A stretch of DNA of 64,000 nucleotides, taken from an archaeon. GTDB lineage: Archaea > Thermoproteota > Nitrososphaeria > Conexivisphaerales > UBA164. The stretch covers positions 18,037 to 82,036 of the forward strand of contig JAJYTP010000003.1 in NCBI GenBank assembly GCA_021792955.1, given 5' to 3'. The position numbers were made by a program, and so were the translations under genes. How positions within the stretch are numbered: position 1 is the first letter of the stretch; each line of letters begins with the position of its first letter. The notes below the pieces were generated by a model. It was not told the DNA's origin. It saw only the letters and a program-made list of their open reading frames with translations, and did no database searches. Positions 1 to 8,958 of the stretch are shown here, piece after piece.

Positions 1-1373
1 ATCCAGAACATCCAGAAGACCGTATTTACAAGCGGCCAGAAGAGTGATGAATAGAACGGTGTCCTGTAAAGCTGTGTAATTGAATATGGAAGGGGCGCCA
101 GCCCTTCGAACGGCAGCACTATGAGCGCCAGTATCCCCTGTACGAACCCGTGCGCGTAGCCAAACGGGTTGCTCATTATCTGTGGTATGGAAGCTGCATC
201 GGCCGCGGCTATCCCCATGTACGCGGAAGCGATGCCCATGAATCCGGTCCCGTTAAAGGAGGGAGAGTTGGCTGATGGCTCATAGCTGGCGTAAAATTCG
301 TATTTATTCATAAGGGTCAGGGTCGCGTTCCTTTCAATTGCAGCCGATGATCCATCCATCCCTGGCTGAAGGTAGGACACGGTTATGTTCTGGCCCGCCC
401 GTGAAGCGTTCAGATAGGAGCCCAGGTCATCTTCATTGTATATGGTGGTCCCGTTGATGCCCGTTATCAGGTCGCCGGGCTTCAAGCCTGCCGTCGACGC
501 CGGCGTCCCATTGTACACTCCCGTTATTTCGATGCCAGGATACACTGAAACCCCCTCAGACTTACCGTGATAGAGGACGGCCGCCGCCGTGGCTACGCCT
601 GGCTGCATGGTCATGTTGTTCAGCAGACCTACGGAGACAGGCGTGCCAGCGATGGAGACTATTTCCATCCCGCTTCTCAACCCCTGATTTACGCCTGGAT
701 ATGTCTGCGTTATGACCACCCCTGGTGATATGGCGGTAACCCCGGCGAATGCGCTTAGAAACAAGATGAGCATTACACCCGCTATAACCAGGTTGGTTGT
801 GGCGCCGGCCGCCTGGACCCTTAACCTCTTGATCCTTTCGGTTCCCTGTAAATCCTTTTCATCCAGCTCCACAAAGGCCCCCACCGGCACTATCAGCAGG
901 AGCACCCCAACCGAGTTGATCTTCAGCTTCTGGCAAGCGGCCACAATGCCGTGCGAGAATTCGTGCAGGACGATGCCGATGATCATGGCGATGAGCCCGT
1001 AGGAAATGGGGATCAGGGGATTTATGCCCGGCAGCGCAAGCACCGTTTGAAGGTTGGGGCCGCTCCCCTTTGGGATAAGCGTCACCAGAGTGGCCTCCCA
1101 GGCCAGGAAGGCCGTAGTAATGATCATGGTTATGACGCCGGCCAGTATGGCGAAGTCCCCGTACCTCTTCCAGAAGGAAGTCCTTGAGACCCTTTCTATA
1201 AGTCCCCTGCTCCTTTCAGTCTTCAGCATTATTGCGGGTCCAAAGAGGGAAATGTGCTTTGACGGCTTGTATTTCCTGATGGCCAGTAACAGCGCCGCCC
1301 ACACGATTATCAGCAGCAGAAGTATAAGGTAGCCGTTCAATTCCCTTACACTAGAGGGGTGGAGGAGTGGCAT
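1..1373 (-). CDS. M50 (site-2 protease) family membrane metalloprotease with PDZ domain; 3' end runs off the window
   Basis: The minus-strand frame is open from ATG (1373-1371) to the window edge, so it is absent from the ORF track. My translation reads MPLLHPSSVRELNGYLILLLLIIVW...GIVLHEFSHGIVAACQKL (HExxH, plus-strand about 949-969), then PDZ-like ...TAGLKPGDLITGINGTTIY. Plus-strand ORFs 712-1332 are shadows of it. Confidence 0.7.
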   Translation of the reverse strand, partial: MPLLHPSSVRELNGYLILLLLIIVWAALLLAIRKYKPSKHISLFGPAIMLKTERSRGLIERVSRTSFWKRYGDFAILAGVITMIITTAFLAWEATLVTLIPKGSGPNLQTVLALPGINPLIPISYGLIAMIIGIVLHEFSHGIVAACQKLKINSVGVLLLIVPVGAFVELDEKDLQGTERIKRLRVQAAGATTNLVIAGVMLILFLSAFAGVTAISPGVVITQTYPGVNQGLRSGMEIVSIAGTPVSVGLLNNMTMQPGVATAAAVLYHGKSEGVSVYPGIEITGVYNGTPASTAGLKPGDLITGINGTTIYNEDDLGSYLNASRAGQNITVSYLQPGMDGSSAAIERNATLTLMNKYEFYASYEPSANSPSFNGTGFMGIASAYMGIAAADAASIPQIMSNPFGYAHGFVQGILALIVLPFEGLAPLPYSITQLYRTPFYSSLFWPLVNTVFWMFW

Positions 1374-1623
1374 ATTTAACCCCTTATAGAGAAAAGGTCA
1401 GCAGTGCCCCATCGGATTAACCCTTATTAGCAATTGATAGTGCCGGACAATAGCTGTATAGTGGATCCCGTCCTGATACCTTAAGGCTGTTCGGATTTGT
1501 GCCCGCCACGTTATTAAAGCCGCAGGTTAAAGGTGATCACTGTCCGGGGCGCTCAATTGGGTTTCGCCGTAACCGATAACCGGATAGCCTCAAGTATGGA
1601 ATTCACATTTGCATGGGACACGC

Positions 1624-2202
1624 CTATGGTTTTTGAACTATGGCCCAGTTTGTAGTCAGCGTAGAGCCGGCTTCAGTGATCAGAAAGGGGTTGAGCAGTT
1701 CGTAGAACTGGGCCTTGGTCAAGCCCAGCCTGTCCCTTCCGAACCTGTTTATGCCGATGAACCCCAGGGAGCCAGGCTTCATGCACCTTACCATTTCATT
1801 GACAGCATCATTATGATCCCTCATGCAGCAGAGCAGCCCGTTGGAAAATAGTGCGTCTATGGAGCCATCTGGCACGAACGGTATGCTGGCAGCTGAGGAT
1901 GCATATGGCTTAACATTATCGATGTGCATCCTGCTCAGCCTCTCCGTCAATTTCTTTATTGCCCTTCCATCGGCGTCCACAGAATATACAGTACCTTCAG
2001 TGCCAACGGCCCTGGATATGGCCTGCGTAAAGAAGCCCGGGCCACTGCCCAGGTCCAGAACGGACATTCCAGGCCTTATGGATGAGGTGATAAAGCGCAT
2101 CTGGATGCCCGATGCATATTTCCTGAGGGGGAAGAGCATAACCCCCGGCCTGAAGTATCTGTCATTATCCGCCATTTTTTGCCTCCGTATACCTGTGTTC
2201 AT
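1624..2202 (-). CDS. Class I SAM-dependent methyltransferase
   Basis: 192 aa. It has the motif I sequence VLDLGSGPGFF followed by VYSVDADG, a typical Rossmann methyltransferase layout. Confidence 0.65.
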   Translation of the reverse strand: MNTGIRRQKMADNDRYFRPGVMLFPLRKYASGIQMRFITSSIRPGMSVLDLGSGPGFFTQAISRAVGTEGTVYSVDADGRAIKKLTERLSRMHIDNVKPYASSAASIPFVPDGSIDALFSNGLLCCMRDHNDAVNEMVRCMKPGSLGFIGINRFGRDRLGLTKAQFYELLNPFLITEAGSTLTTNWAIVQKP

Positions 2203-2516
2203 ATGTAAGGGTAGATGGCCATCTGCGGCAGGGGATAACTAGTAGCACCGGGCCTCCCGCAGGGCCGGCGTCCTCCTTCCCCTCTTCTTTCAATGTTCCG
2301 TCTGTACCCGAATGATTCATGGATGACTATTCATAGCAAATGAAAGGAGTATTTAAAAGTGTTTGAAAAATTTAAGGGTATAATTGTCAGCGGCATATAT
2401 TGATCCCATTTAACGCCGTATTACAGTGCAGCTTCAGGAGGAGCTGTGAATCTTGAGATGGTGAATCAACCGATAACTATATTAATATATATCAGGCGCA
2501 TGTGTTTTGACTCATA

Positions 2517-3059
2517 TTGTCCGGTAATGGTGTTGATATACGAAAACAGGTCGATGACAACCGTGGCATAGCCAAAAAGCTTGAGCTTCTGGTGCCGGGA
2601 CTGAGGCAGTACAGGAAGACCGACGACCTCAGGGTGGCTGATGACCTCCTAAGGCATCAGGTGGCTGACAAGGTTGACCAGGCCAAAGCCAACCTTGAAG
2701 CCTACCGAAAGCAGATGGTCGTAGCCGGCGACTTTGCAAACCTTTCCTCTGTGGGATCCCTGATCTTCGAGCTTCAGGAACTGAGCGGAAAGGTGCGGTA
2801 CGCTCAGCAGGGTTACGCCCCCCTTGTTGCTGCGATAAGCATAAACGAGGACAAGCTTAACGCTCTTTACAATTATGATTACGAGTTCGTCAATTCTGCG
2901 CTGAGCCTGGTGGAAGCCACTTCAAAGCTCCAGTACGACCAGGCTGCGGCCCTTTCAAACAAGTCGTCACTTGATGCAGTTAGCTCGGCCATGGTTGACT
3001 TTAAAAGAAAGTGGTCGGTAAGGCTTGAAGCTATAGAAGGGGTATTGGTGACGGGGTGA
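2517..3059 (+). CDS. Hypothetical alpha-helical protein, first gene of the SPFH/Zn-ribbon module
   Basis: 180 aa with a TTG start. A TATA-like ttaatatatat lies about 25-30 nt upstream. There is no TM segment or recognisable motif. The stop is 9 nt before the next gene, which is preceded by GGTGA. Confidence 0.5.
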   Translation: MSGNGVDIRKQVDDNRGIAKKLELLVPGLRQYRKTDDLRVADDLLRHQVADKVDQAKANLEAYRKQMVVAGDFANLSSVGSLIFELQELSGKVRYAQQGYAPLVAAISINEDKLNALYNYDYEFVNSALSLVEATSKLQYDQAAALSNKSSLDAVSSAMVDFKRKWSVRLEAIEGVLVTG

Positions 3060-3068
3060 AATAGGTAG

Positions 3069-4235
3069 ATGGCAAACAAAAACGATATGTCAAAGGGTGG
3101 AAGCGTATTTGGCTCCACTACAATAAGCTGGGAGCCACAGTTCAAGGAGGGGAACGTCATGTGGAAGGTCCCCAGGCTGATCAGGCTAAACGACAATATA
3201 GTCGTGAGGGAGGACGAAATAGCGGTGTTCTATAGGGACGGAAAGGTCCTTACTTACTTCGATAAGCCTAACAGGTATGCGCTGAGCGATTTTAATGCGC
3301 CCATAGTCGGCAACCTTCTGAAGTTCTTCGTAGGGGTTCAGCAACAGGCTGAAGTATATTACCTGCAGAAGAGGTTCATGGACGGGAAGTTCGGAAGCAC
3401 AGAACCCTACCAGTTCGTGGATCAGATCTTTGGGATCATAAACCTCAGGGTTTTTGGAGAGTACAGGTGGAGGGTCTCCTCCCCCGAGAACTTCATAAAT
3501 CAGTTCGTGGGCACGTTCGCGGCTGAAACATCCGATGATGTGGAAAAGAGGCTTAAGGAGCAGATGGTCCTCCTGGTATATAATACGTTAGGAAAGATGA
3601 AACAGCAGGGGTTGAAGGTCACCGACCTTGCTTCCAGCCTAGCTACCATTGAGCAGGCGGTGCTTTCGGTTTCGCCGGACAACTTTGCCCAGTACGGGGT
3701 CGAGATCAATAAGGTATCCGGCCTTACGATAAGCCTCCCAGAGGAGGTGCAGAAGGCCGTGGATACACGCTCGGAGATGTCGGTACTCGGCGTCAATTAT
3801 CTCCAGTACCAGGCAGGTCAGGCAATGACCGACGCCGCCAAGAACCAGTCCGGAGGGGCAGGCGCCCTGGCCGGGATGGGGGTGGGCCTGGGTGCGGGGG
3901 CTGGAATAGGGTATGCGATGGGCGGCCAGGTGATGCAGGGCATGGGCCAGCAACAGCCAACCAAGACTTGCGTCAAATGTGGAAGCATAATACCGATGAC
4001 CGCCACTTTCTGTCCGAACTGCGGCGCCCCGCAGCCTCAGCCAGGCCAGCCACAGCAGACACAGGGGAACTGCCCAAAGTGCGGGTCCCCACTGCCCGCC
4101 GGCGTCAAGTTCTGTCCGAACTGCGGCGCCCCAGTAGGTCAGCCAGCGACGAAGGTGTGCCCGAACTGCGGTGCCATTGTGCCGGTCAATTCAAAGTTCT
4201 GCCCCAACTGCGGGAAGCCAATGGGGACCGGGTGA
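3069..4235 (+). CDS. SPFH/band-7 superfamily protein of the COG4260 (YdjI-like, 'virion core protein-like') type with glycine zipper and three C-terminal zinc ribbons
   Basis: 388 aa. The N-terminal roughly 250 aa look SPFH-like. They are followed by the Gly-zipper SGGAGALAGMGVGLGAGAGIGYAMGG. Three CxxC-x(9-11)-FCPNCG units come next (CVKCG..FCPNCG, CPKCG..FCPNCG, CPNCG..FCPNCG). Confidence 0.75.
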   Translation: MANKNDMSKGGSVFGSTTISWEPQFKEGNVMWKVPRLIRLNDNIVVREDEIAVFYRDGKVLTYFDKPNRYALSDFNAPIVGNLLKFFVGVQQQAEVYYLQKRFMDGKFGSTEPYQFVDQIFGIINLRVFGEYRWRVSSPENFINQFVGTFAAETSDDVEKRLKEQMVLLVYNTLGKMKQQGLKVTDLASSLATIEQAVLSVSPDNFAQYGVEINKVSGLTISLPEEVQKAVDTRSEMSVLGVNYLQYQAGQAMTDAAKNQSGGAGALAGMGVGLGAGAGIGYAMGGQVMQGMGQQQPTKTCVKCGSIIPMTATFCPNCGAPQPQPGQPQQTQGNCPKCGSPLPAGVKFCPNCGAPVGQPATKVCPNCGAIVPVNSKFCPNCGKPMGTG

Positions 4236-4255
4236 AGGGAGGGAGGTAGAGGAAG

Positions 4256-5275
4256 ATGATATATTGTGACAAGTGTGGAGCCGAACTGCCAGACGATGCA
4301 AAGTTCTGTTACAAGTGCGGGGCTCAGGTAGGAGCTCCAGCAACCGGGGCTCCTTCACAGGGGCAGAAGGGGCAGCCCAAGGCTCAGGAGAACATTCTGG
4401 CTCCGGCCGGCATAACTTCACTGAAGTGCCCCAGCTGCGGTGCACCAATTACACCGAAGTTCGGTGAAATGATCATTACGTGTGAGTACTGTGGAAGCAG
4501 CATAACCCTGGCAAACGATGGCTGGAAGAGCATCCAGAAGCATACTATGCTGCCCTTAAAGTTCGTCGATGAGGGCCAGGTGGAGGAAAGGGTGAAGAAG
4601 CTTATGGACAGGGGCCTGCTGCACAGGCATCTAGAGGAGAGCTCTGTAAAGGAGGAGTTCTCCCTGAGTTACATACCATACTGGGTTGTTACTGTATCAG
4701 CAAGGACAACCGTGACCAGCCAGAACGTGGCAGCGCAGGTGGGTCAGACCGCCACTGAAGCCGCTGTGTTCGGGATACTGCTGGGCGGAATGGGTGGAGG
4801 CTTCGGCGGAAGGAGGTTCATCTCTACGGGGAAGGGCTTCGGTCCCACCCTCTTTTTCATGGGTGGCTATGGTGGCGGCGGCAACGTCACGGTGAACACT
4901 ATCGACGCGAACTACAACTACCCTGTGATAGCGGTAAAATCGCTTATGGAGTATCAGCCGAAGAACTACGAATTTGCAATGAACGAAAGGGTGCTTTTCG
5001 ATGTTTCCAAGGTAAAGTCCATCAAGGTGTTAAACGGCGACTTGAGCGAAGATGCAGCCAAGGGCCAGGCAAGGACCCTGGTGGAGCAGCTGCAGAGCGA
5101 CAGGGCGCACAAGCAGTATCATATGATACAGAAGCTTCAAACGGAGGTCGAAGTATCAGAGGGTGAACTGCTGCACGCCCCGGTGTGGTTCGCGAGGTAT
5201 GACCACAAGGGGAAGAAGATAGTGTTGCTAATAGACGGCAACAGCGGGAACACCATAAATTCAATAGGCCTCTGA
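4256..5275 (+). CDS. Double zinc-ribbon protein with Gly-rich central segment (YdjG-like architecture)
   Basis: 339 aa. It has MIYCDKCGAELPDDAKFCYKCGA and CPSCGAPI..CEYCGSSI, a Gly-rich FGILLGGMGGGFGG...MGGYGGGG segment, and a C-terminal HAPVWFARYDHKGKKIVLLIDGNSGNTI. A strong purine-rich SD (GGAGGT) precedes the ATG. Confidence 0.65.
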   Translation: MIYCDKCGAELPDDAKFCYKCGAQVGAPATGAPSQGQKGQPKAQENILAPAGITSLKCPSCGAPITPKFGEMIITCEYCGSSITLANDGWKSIQKHTMLPLKFVDEGQVEERVKKLMDRGLLHRHLEESSVKEEFSLSYIPYWVVTVSARTTVTSQNVAAQVGQTATEAAVFGILLGGMGGGFGGRRFISTGKGFGPTLFFMGGYGGGGNVTVNTIDANYNYPVIAVKSLMEYQPKNYEFAMNERVLFDVSKVKSIKVLNGDLSEDAAKGQARTLVEQLQSDRAHKQYHMIQKLQTEVEVSEGELLHAPVWFARYDHKGKKIVLLIDGNSGNTINSIGL

Positions 5276-5293
5276 AGCAGCTCGTCCGTGCAG

Positions 5294-5881
5294 CTATAAT
5301 GACTCCGCGCCGTTTCTCATGGCTATTGACGTCGCAGCAAGCACATCCTTCTGATAACGCACCCTGCCGCGCGGGGTGGTGCTCCTTTCATTTACTACCT
5401 GCACGATGTCCTTGCTCCTGAGCATCGGAAGCAGCCGTTCTGCTAAGCGGGCGGTTATGTCAGGCCTTCCATCCCCTATCTTAACGTGGATCGGAGCGTC
5501 CAGGGCGCTTATCATGCCGGAGATCATGGGCAGCACCTGTTCAGGGTCCATCGATATGGTAGTCCACACGGTTCTACCGTTCATGAGGATAGCTATTCCG
5601 GTGTGAGAGCCTGGATCTATGCCAACCTCTATCTTCCTTACCCTTCTCTCATAGTTCAGTAACATCAGAAGGTCCAGCGGCTCCTCCCTGATTATATCCT
5701 CGTATAGCAGGGTCATCCTACCGTCCATCAAGGGGGCTTCCTCCCTTGTGGTCAAATATAGCTTGGACTCGTCTTCGGTTTCCCATGGTAGGCTGGCCTC
5801 AAGCTTCATCCCGGTTCGCTTGAGCAGGCTGGCAAAGTAATAGAAGGCTTGGCCATTCACAGTAGCTATGCAAGGTTTCAT
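5294..5881 (-). CDS. Hypothetical protein with possible RNase H-fold (RuvC/YqgF-like) nuclease domain
   Basis: 195 aa. The central KIEVGIDPGSHTGIAIL resembles the first catalytic strand of RuvC/YqgF-like nucleases. I did not recognise the rest. Confidence 0.35.
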   Translation of the reverse strand: MKPCIATVNGQAFYYFASLLKRTGMKLEASLPWETEDESKLYLTTREEAPLMDGRMTLLYEDIIREEPLDLLMLLNYERRVRKIEVGIDPGSHTGIAILMNGRTVWTTISMDPEQVLPMISGMISALDAPIHVKIGDGRPDITARLAERLLPMLRSKDIVQVVNERSTTPRGRVRYQKDVLAATSIAMRNGAESL

Positions 5882-6162
5882 CTATGGTTACCCGATGGTG
5901 CCTGTTGTTCCATCGCCGTCCTGAGCGCCCTTAATCCTAACCTCATAACTCATGAGGGATATACTTTACATTAAGGATAAAAAGCTTTTTGCACGATTTT
6001 CCGCCCCGTTGGGCCGCTCGCAAGTAGATCGACAGGACAAGCTGCCTGCACATTTGGCTGTAAAAGGGATAGCCCTTATATACCAAAAAAACATTTTATA
6101 CCTAGGCCATGATCCATTTGATACTGGTCGCATGCTGCGACACTTTGGCGGACCAGTTCATG

Positions 6163-6238
6163 GGGCCGGTGGTGTAGCTTGGTCTTGCACATCGCTCTGA
6201 CACGGCGGAGATCCCAGGTTCAAATCCTGGCCGGCCCA
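6163..6238 (+). tRNA. tRNA-Val (anticodon GAC)
   Basis: I folded the cloverleaf by hand. The acceptor GGGCCGG pairs with CCGGCCC and the D-stem GTGT pairs with GCAC. The anticodon stem TCGCT/GGCGG closes the loop CTGACAC. The T-arm is CCAGG-TTCAAAT-CCTGG and the discriminator is A. No CCA is encoded. Confidence 0.85.
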
Positions 6239-6511
6239 TTCCTGGTTATGCATGCCTTGATGACCCTGCTTGTACATACGCTTGGCGTGCTAGATTGGCA
6301 TAAGGGGTTAATTTTTTACCGCTTATCAGAACGCTTCAGGAAGAGCGGCCGTTAATTTACTAGTGGACCAAACCGTATACCGTACGGGCATCGTCTTTAA
6401 GGGCAGGTATTTTTTTACTAATTTTCTTTGGATGGTACAGTGATCAGGATTTCTTAGTAATATAGGTAATCATGGAAATCTATATATACATGGTAATCCG
6501 GTACTACCAGT

Positions 6512-6976
6512 ATGACTGAAGAAAAGTCGGTAGATAAAGATGAAAGCGTAGAGAAAAGATCGGTAACCATCAAGGGGATCAGGAATGACCTTTACAAGAG
6601 GATGAAGGAGTTAGCATATGATACCGGTAAGACGCTCGGTGACGTGACCAACGATGCGTACTTGGCCATGGAATCGACGGCCGACGGCCTGCTTGATATG
6701 TCGAGGAACTTCCAGATGGGGCTCACCAGCGGAGGCAGTAAGGTCATAGGCCACATGAGTGAGCTAGAACTTACAGGGAGGGAGATAGCCGATGCCAATA
6801 AGAGGATACTGATAAGGAACGTAAAGAAGCTGACACTAAAAGATATAGACAATCAAACCGCTACAAAATACATTTTTTCAATAAGGGACGTGGATGAACT
6901 GTTCATACCACAGGGTCTTTCGAAGGTGGAACTTCTGTCCCGGTGTGCTAACATAGGTAAAGTAATCCAGGAATGA
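6512..6976 (+). CDS. Hypothetical protein, possible N-terminal ribbon-helix-helix
   Basis: 154 aa. RSVTIKGIRNDLYKRMKELAYDTGKTLGDVTNDAY has a beta-strand plus two-helix pattern like the CopG/Arc fold. The C-terminal part is unrecognised. Confidence 0.35.
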   Translation: MTEEKSVDKDESVEKRSVTIKGIRNDLYKRMKELAYDTGKTLGDVTNDAYLAMESTADGLLDMSRNFQMGLTSGGSKVIGHMSELELTGREIADANKRILIRNVKKLTLKDIDNQTATKYIFSIRDVDELFIPQGLSKVELLSRCANIGKVIQE

Positions 6977-6984
6977 TGCGCCGG

Positions 6985-7656
6985 TCAGGCGGGCACAAGG
7001 TGGAGGATGGTACACGCCCCAAAGCTAACCCTGACGGTCTCCACCCGGTATGCCTTGCCTCTCGCATTCAATAGCATATCAGCAAGAAGCCGCTCCCATC
7101 CATCGTTTCTTCTTATATATCCCCAGAGGCGAGTTGACATATCCCTTGTATCAGGGTCAATATAGAGAAGAACCCTGAGCAGCTTTATCCACAGCTCCCA
7201 GAAAAGCCTGGCCGGCCAGCTGGGTATCGAGAAATCAAAGATGACCGCCTCGCCCCTTTCCCTGAGCACCCTATCTATGGTTGAAGCCAGCCGGTCAAGG
7301 GGGACGTATTTTGGAAGGTACCCTGATATAACTAGGTCAAATTTGTCGGGCGAAGGTTCAACGTCAAGGGCGTTCATGACATTTATTCGCACCCGAGCGT
7401 CCACGATTTCAGCCCTGTGCTTTGCCACCATGGATGGTGAGCTGTCGACCGCCATGATCGTGGCCGATGGAAAGAGTTTCAACAGCTCTCTGGTGATCAG
7501 GCCAGTACCGGAGGCCAGTTCAAGGATAGACGGGCTGCCGGGCTCATTGATCATGCTCAGCGCCTTCAGCCTCCACCTCCTGTCCTGATTCATGGTGGTA
7601 AGCTTGACTAGGGTGTCATACTTGGCGCCGACCCTCCTGAAGATCCCGTCGTCCAT
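6985..7656 (-). CDS. UbiE/COQ5-like class I SAM-dependent methyltransferase
   Basis: 223 aa. It has FRRVGAKYDTLVKLTTMNQDRRWR (a YD..N..RxWR-type N-terminus) and motif I ILELASGTGLITRELL. Confidence 0.6.
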   Translation of the reverse strand: MDDGIFRRVGAKYDTLVKLTTMNQDRRWRLKALSMINEPGSPSILELASGTGLITRELLKLFPSATIMAVDSSPSMVAKHRAEIVDARVRINVMNALDVEPSPDKFDLVISGYLPKYVPLDRLASTIDRVLRERGEAVIFDFSIPSWPARLFWELWIKLLRVLLYIDPDTRDMSTRLWGYIRRNDGWERLLADMLLNARGKAYRVETVRVSFGACTILHLVPA

Positions 7657-7671
7657 CGTCGCTCTCTTAAC

Positions 7672-8952
7672 CTACTGCCCTGTTTGGGCTTCCTGTTCAC
7701 CGGGATAGGGTTCAACCCGCAGCACGATGCCATTGACGGCCACCACCTTAACCCGCCTGCCCTTGCCAATTTTTCCTGATGAAGAAAACGCCCGCCACCT
7801 GACGCCATCAATGGATACTTCGCCGTTTGGATCAATGTCCGTTGTGGCCAACCCGTTAACACCGATCATTGATTCACTACCGGTAAATACCTTATTCATC
7901 CTTATGAATCTGAAGGCCCGCCTGATATAGAAGGAAATGAAAACGCCAGCTATCAGTATAATTATTATCGATACGATCAGGTCCCAGCCGCTTGGAGCCG
8001 GAGAATACCCTATCCCCTGGTTTAGAAAATAGATTCCGGCAGCGCCGGTTGCTATCGCCGCGAGGAACGCCACACCATGCCCGGTCTTAAGCTCAACAAT
8101 GAGGAATACCGCAGCCAGCACCAGTATTACGATCCCGAGCGCGGACGCGCTTATCACTTCCGCCCCTATGAGCCCAAGCACTATGGCGATAACCCCGCCG
8201 ATGCTCAGTAGCACCGTCGGATGCAGCAGGTCCAGTATGATAGCTATCATGCCGATAAGTATGAGCACTCCATCGAGGGTGGAGTTGCTCAATGCGCTCA
8301 GGAACTGGTCATAGTAACTTTCGCCTACGGTGACCGAAGGGAGGCCGCCTATTCCCAGTGAGGCCTCCGCCACGGTGATATTGCTTGCTTCCCCGTTTAT
8401 GACATTGTACTGGAGCGCCTGGTTAGCTGAGTATGCCGTATCATATAACACCATGTTGTAGGCGGCCGTTGAATTCCTCCCCCACTCATTGGCCAATCCC
8501 ACCATCAGCTTTAGCATGGCATCTTCGGTGTGGTTCTGTTCCAGTGCCGTCCCGCCCACCACTATCGGAGTAGAAGGGCCGATTTCTGTTCCAGGCGCCA
8601 TCAATATCCTGTTGGTTGCCATGGAGATATAGCTGGCTGCCGATGCCGCAATGCCGTTCTGCGGGACATAGGTGTAAACCGATATTCCGGATTGATTGGC
8701 TAGGGTAATTGAATTTATTATGTCAAGCATGTCAGAAAGGTAGCCCCCGGGTGAATTCATGACTATGAGTATGGCTACGGCATGATCGTTAATGGCCGTG
8801 CCGACAGCCTGGCTCATCATCGCCGATGCTCCAGGGTCGACCGTATAGTCGAAATTTACAACCACGACCTTGGCAGGAGCCTGACTCCTCACGGTGGAAA
8901 TTGGGATTAGAACCAGCGTGATGATGATGACGGCAAACAGTAGCCGGTTCAT
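7672..8952 (-). CDS. nfeD: NfeD-family membrane-bound ClpP-class serine protease (stomatin operon partner, STOPP-like)
   Basis: 426 aa. It has a signal/TM segment, a ClpP-like region (VMNSPGGYL, AASAASYISMA), several TM helices and a C-terminal OB-like NfeD domain. It lies 6 nt downstream of the stomatin gene. Confidence 0.8.
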   Translation of the reverse strand: MNRLLFAVIIITLVLIPISTVRSQAPAKVVVVNFDYTVDPGASAMMSQAVGTAINDHAVAILIVMNSPGGYLSDMLDIINSITLANQSGISVYTYVPQNGIAASAASYISMATNRILMAPGTEIGPSTPIVVGGTALEQNHTEDAMLKLMVGLANEWGRNSTAAYNMVLYDTAYSANQALQYNVINGEASNITVAEASLGIGGLPSVTVGESYYDQFLSALSNSTLDGVLILIGMIAIILDLLHPTVLLSIGGVIAIVLGLIGAEVISASALGIVILVLAAVFLIVELKTGHGVAFLAAIATGAAGIYFLNQGIGYSPAPSGWDLIVSIIIILIAGVFISFYIRRAFRFIRMNKVFTGSESMIGVNGLATTDIDPNGEVSIDGVRWRAFSSSGKIGKGRRVKVVAVNGIVLRVEPYPGEQEAQTGQ

Positions 8953-8958
8953 AACGAC

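Noticed and set aside
712-1332. Three plus-strand track ORFs (712-1002, 951-1187, 1054-1332).
   Set aside because: They lie antisense to an uninterrupted minus-strand frame encoding a convincing M50 protease (HEFSHG plus PDZ). Their own sequences are low-complexity shadows.
2517-3059. Calling the 180-aa helical protein a PspA/Vipp1/ESCRT-III homolog.
   Set aside because: Only the operon analogy suggests it. I see no N-terminal amphipathic helix or other family signature, so it stays hypothetical.
6163-6238. tRNA-Val as the attachment site of an integrated element.
   Set aside because: I found no integrase gene and no second copy of the tRNA 3' end in the window.
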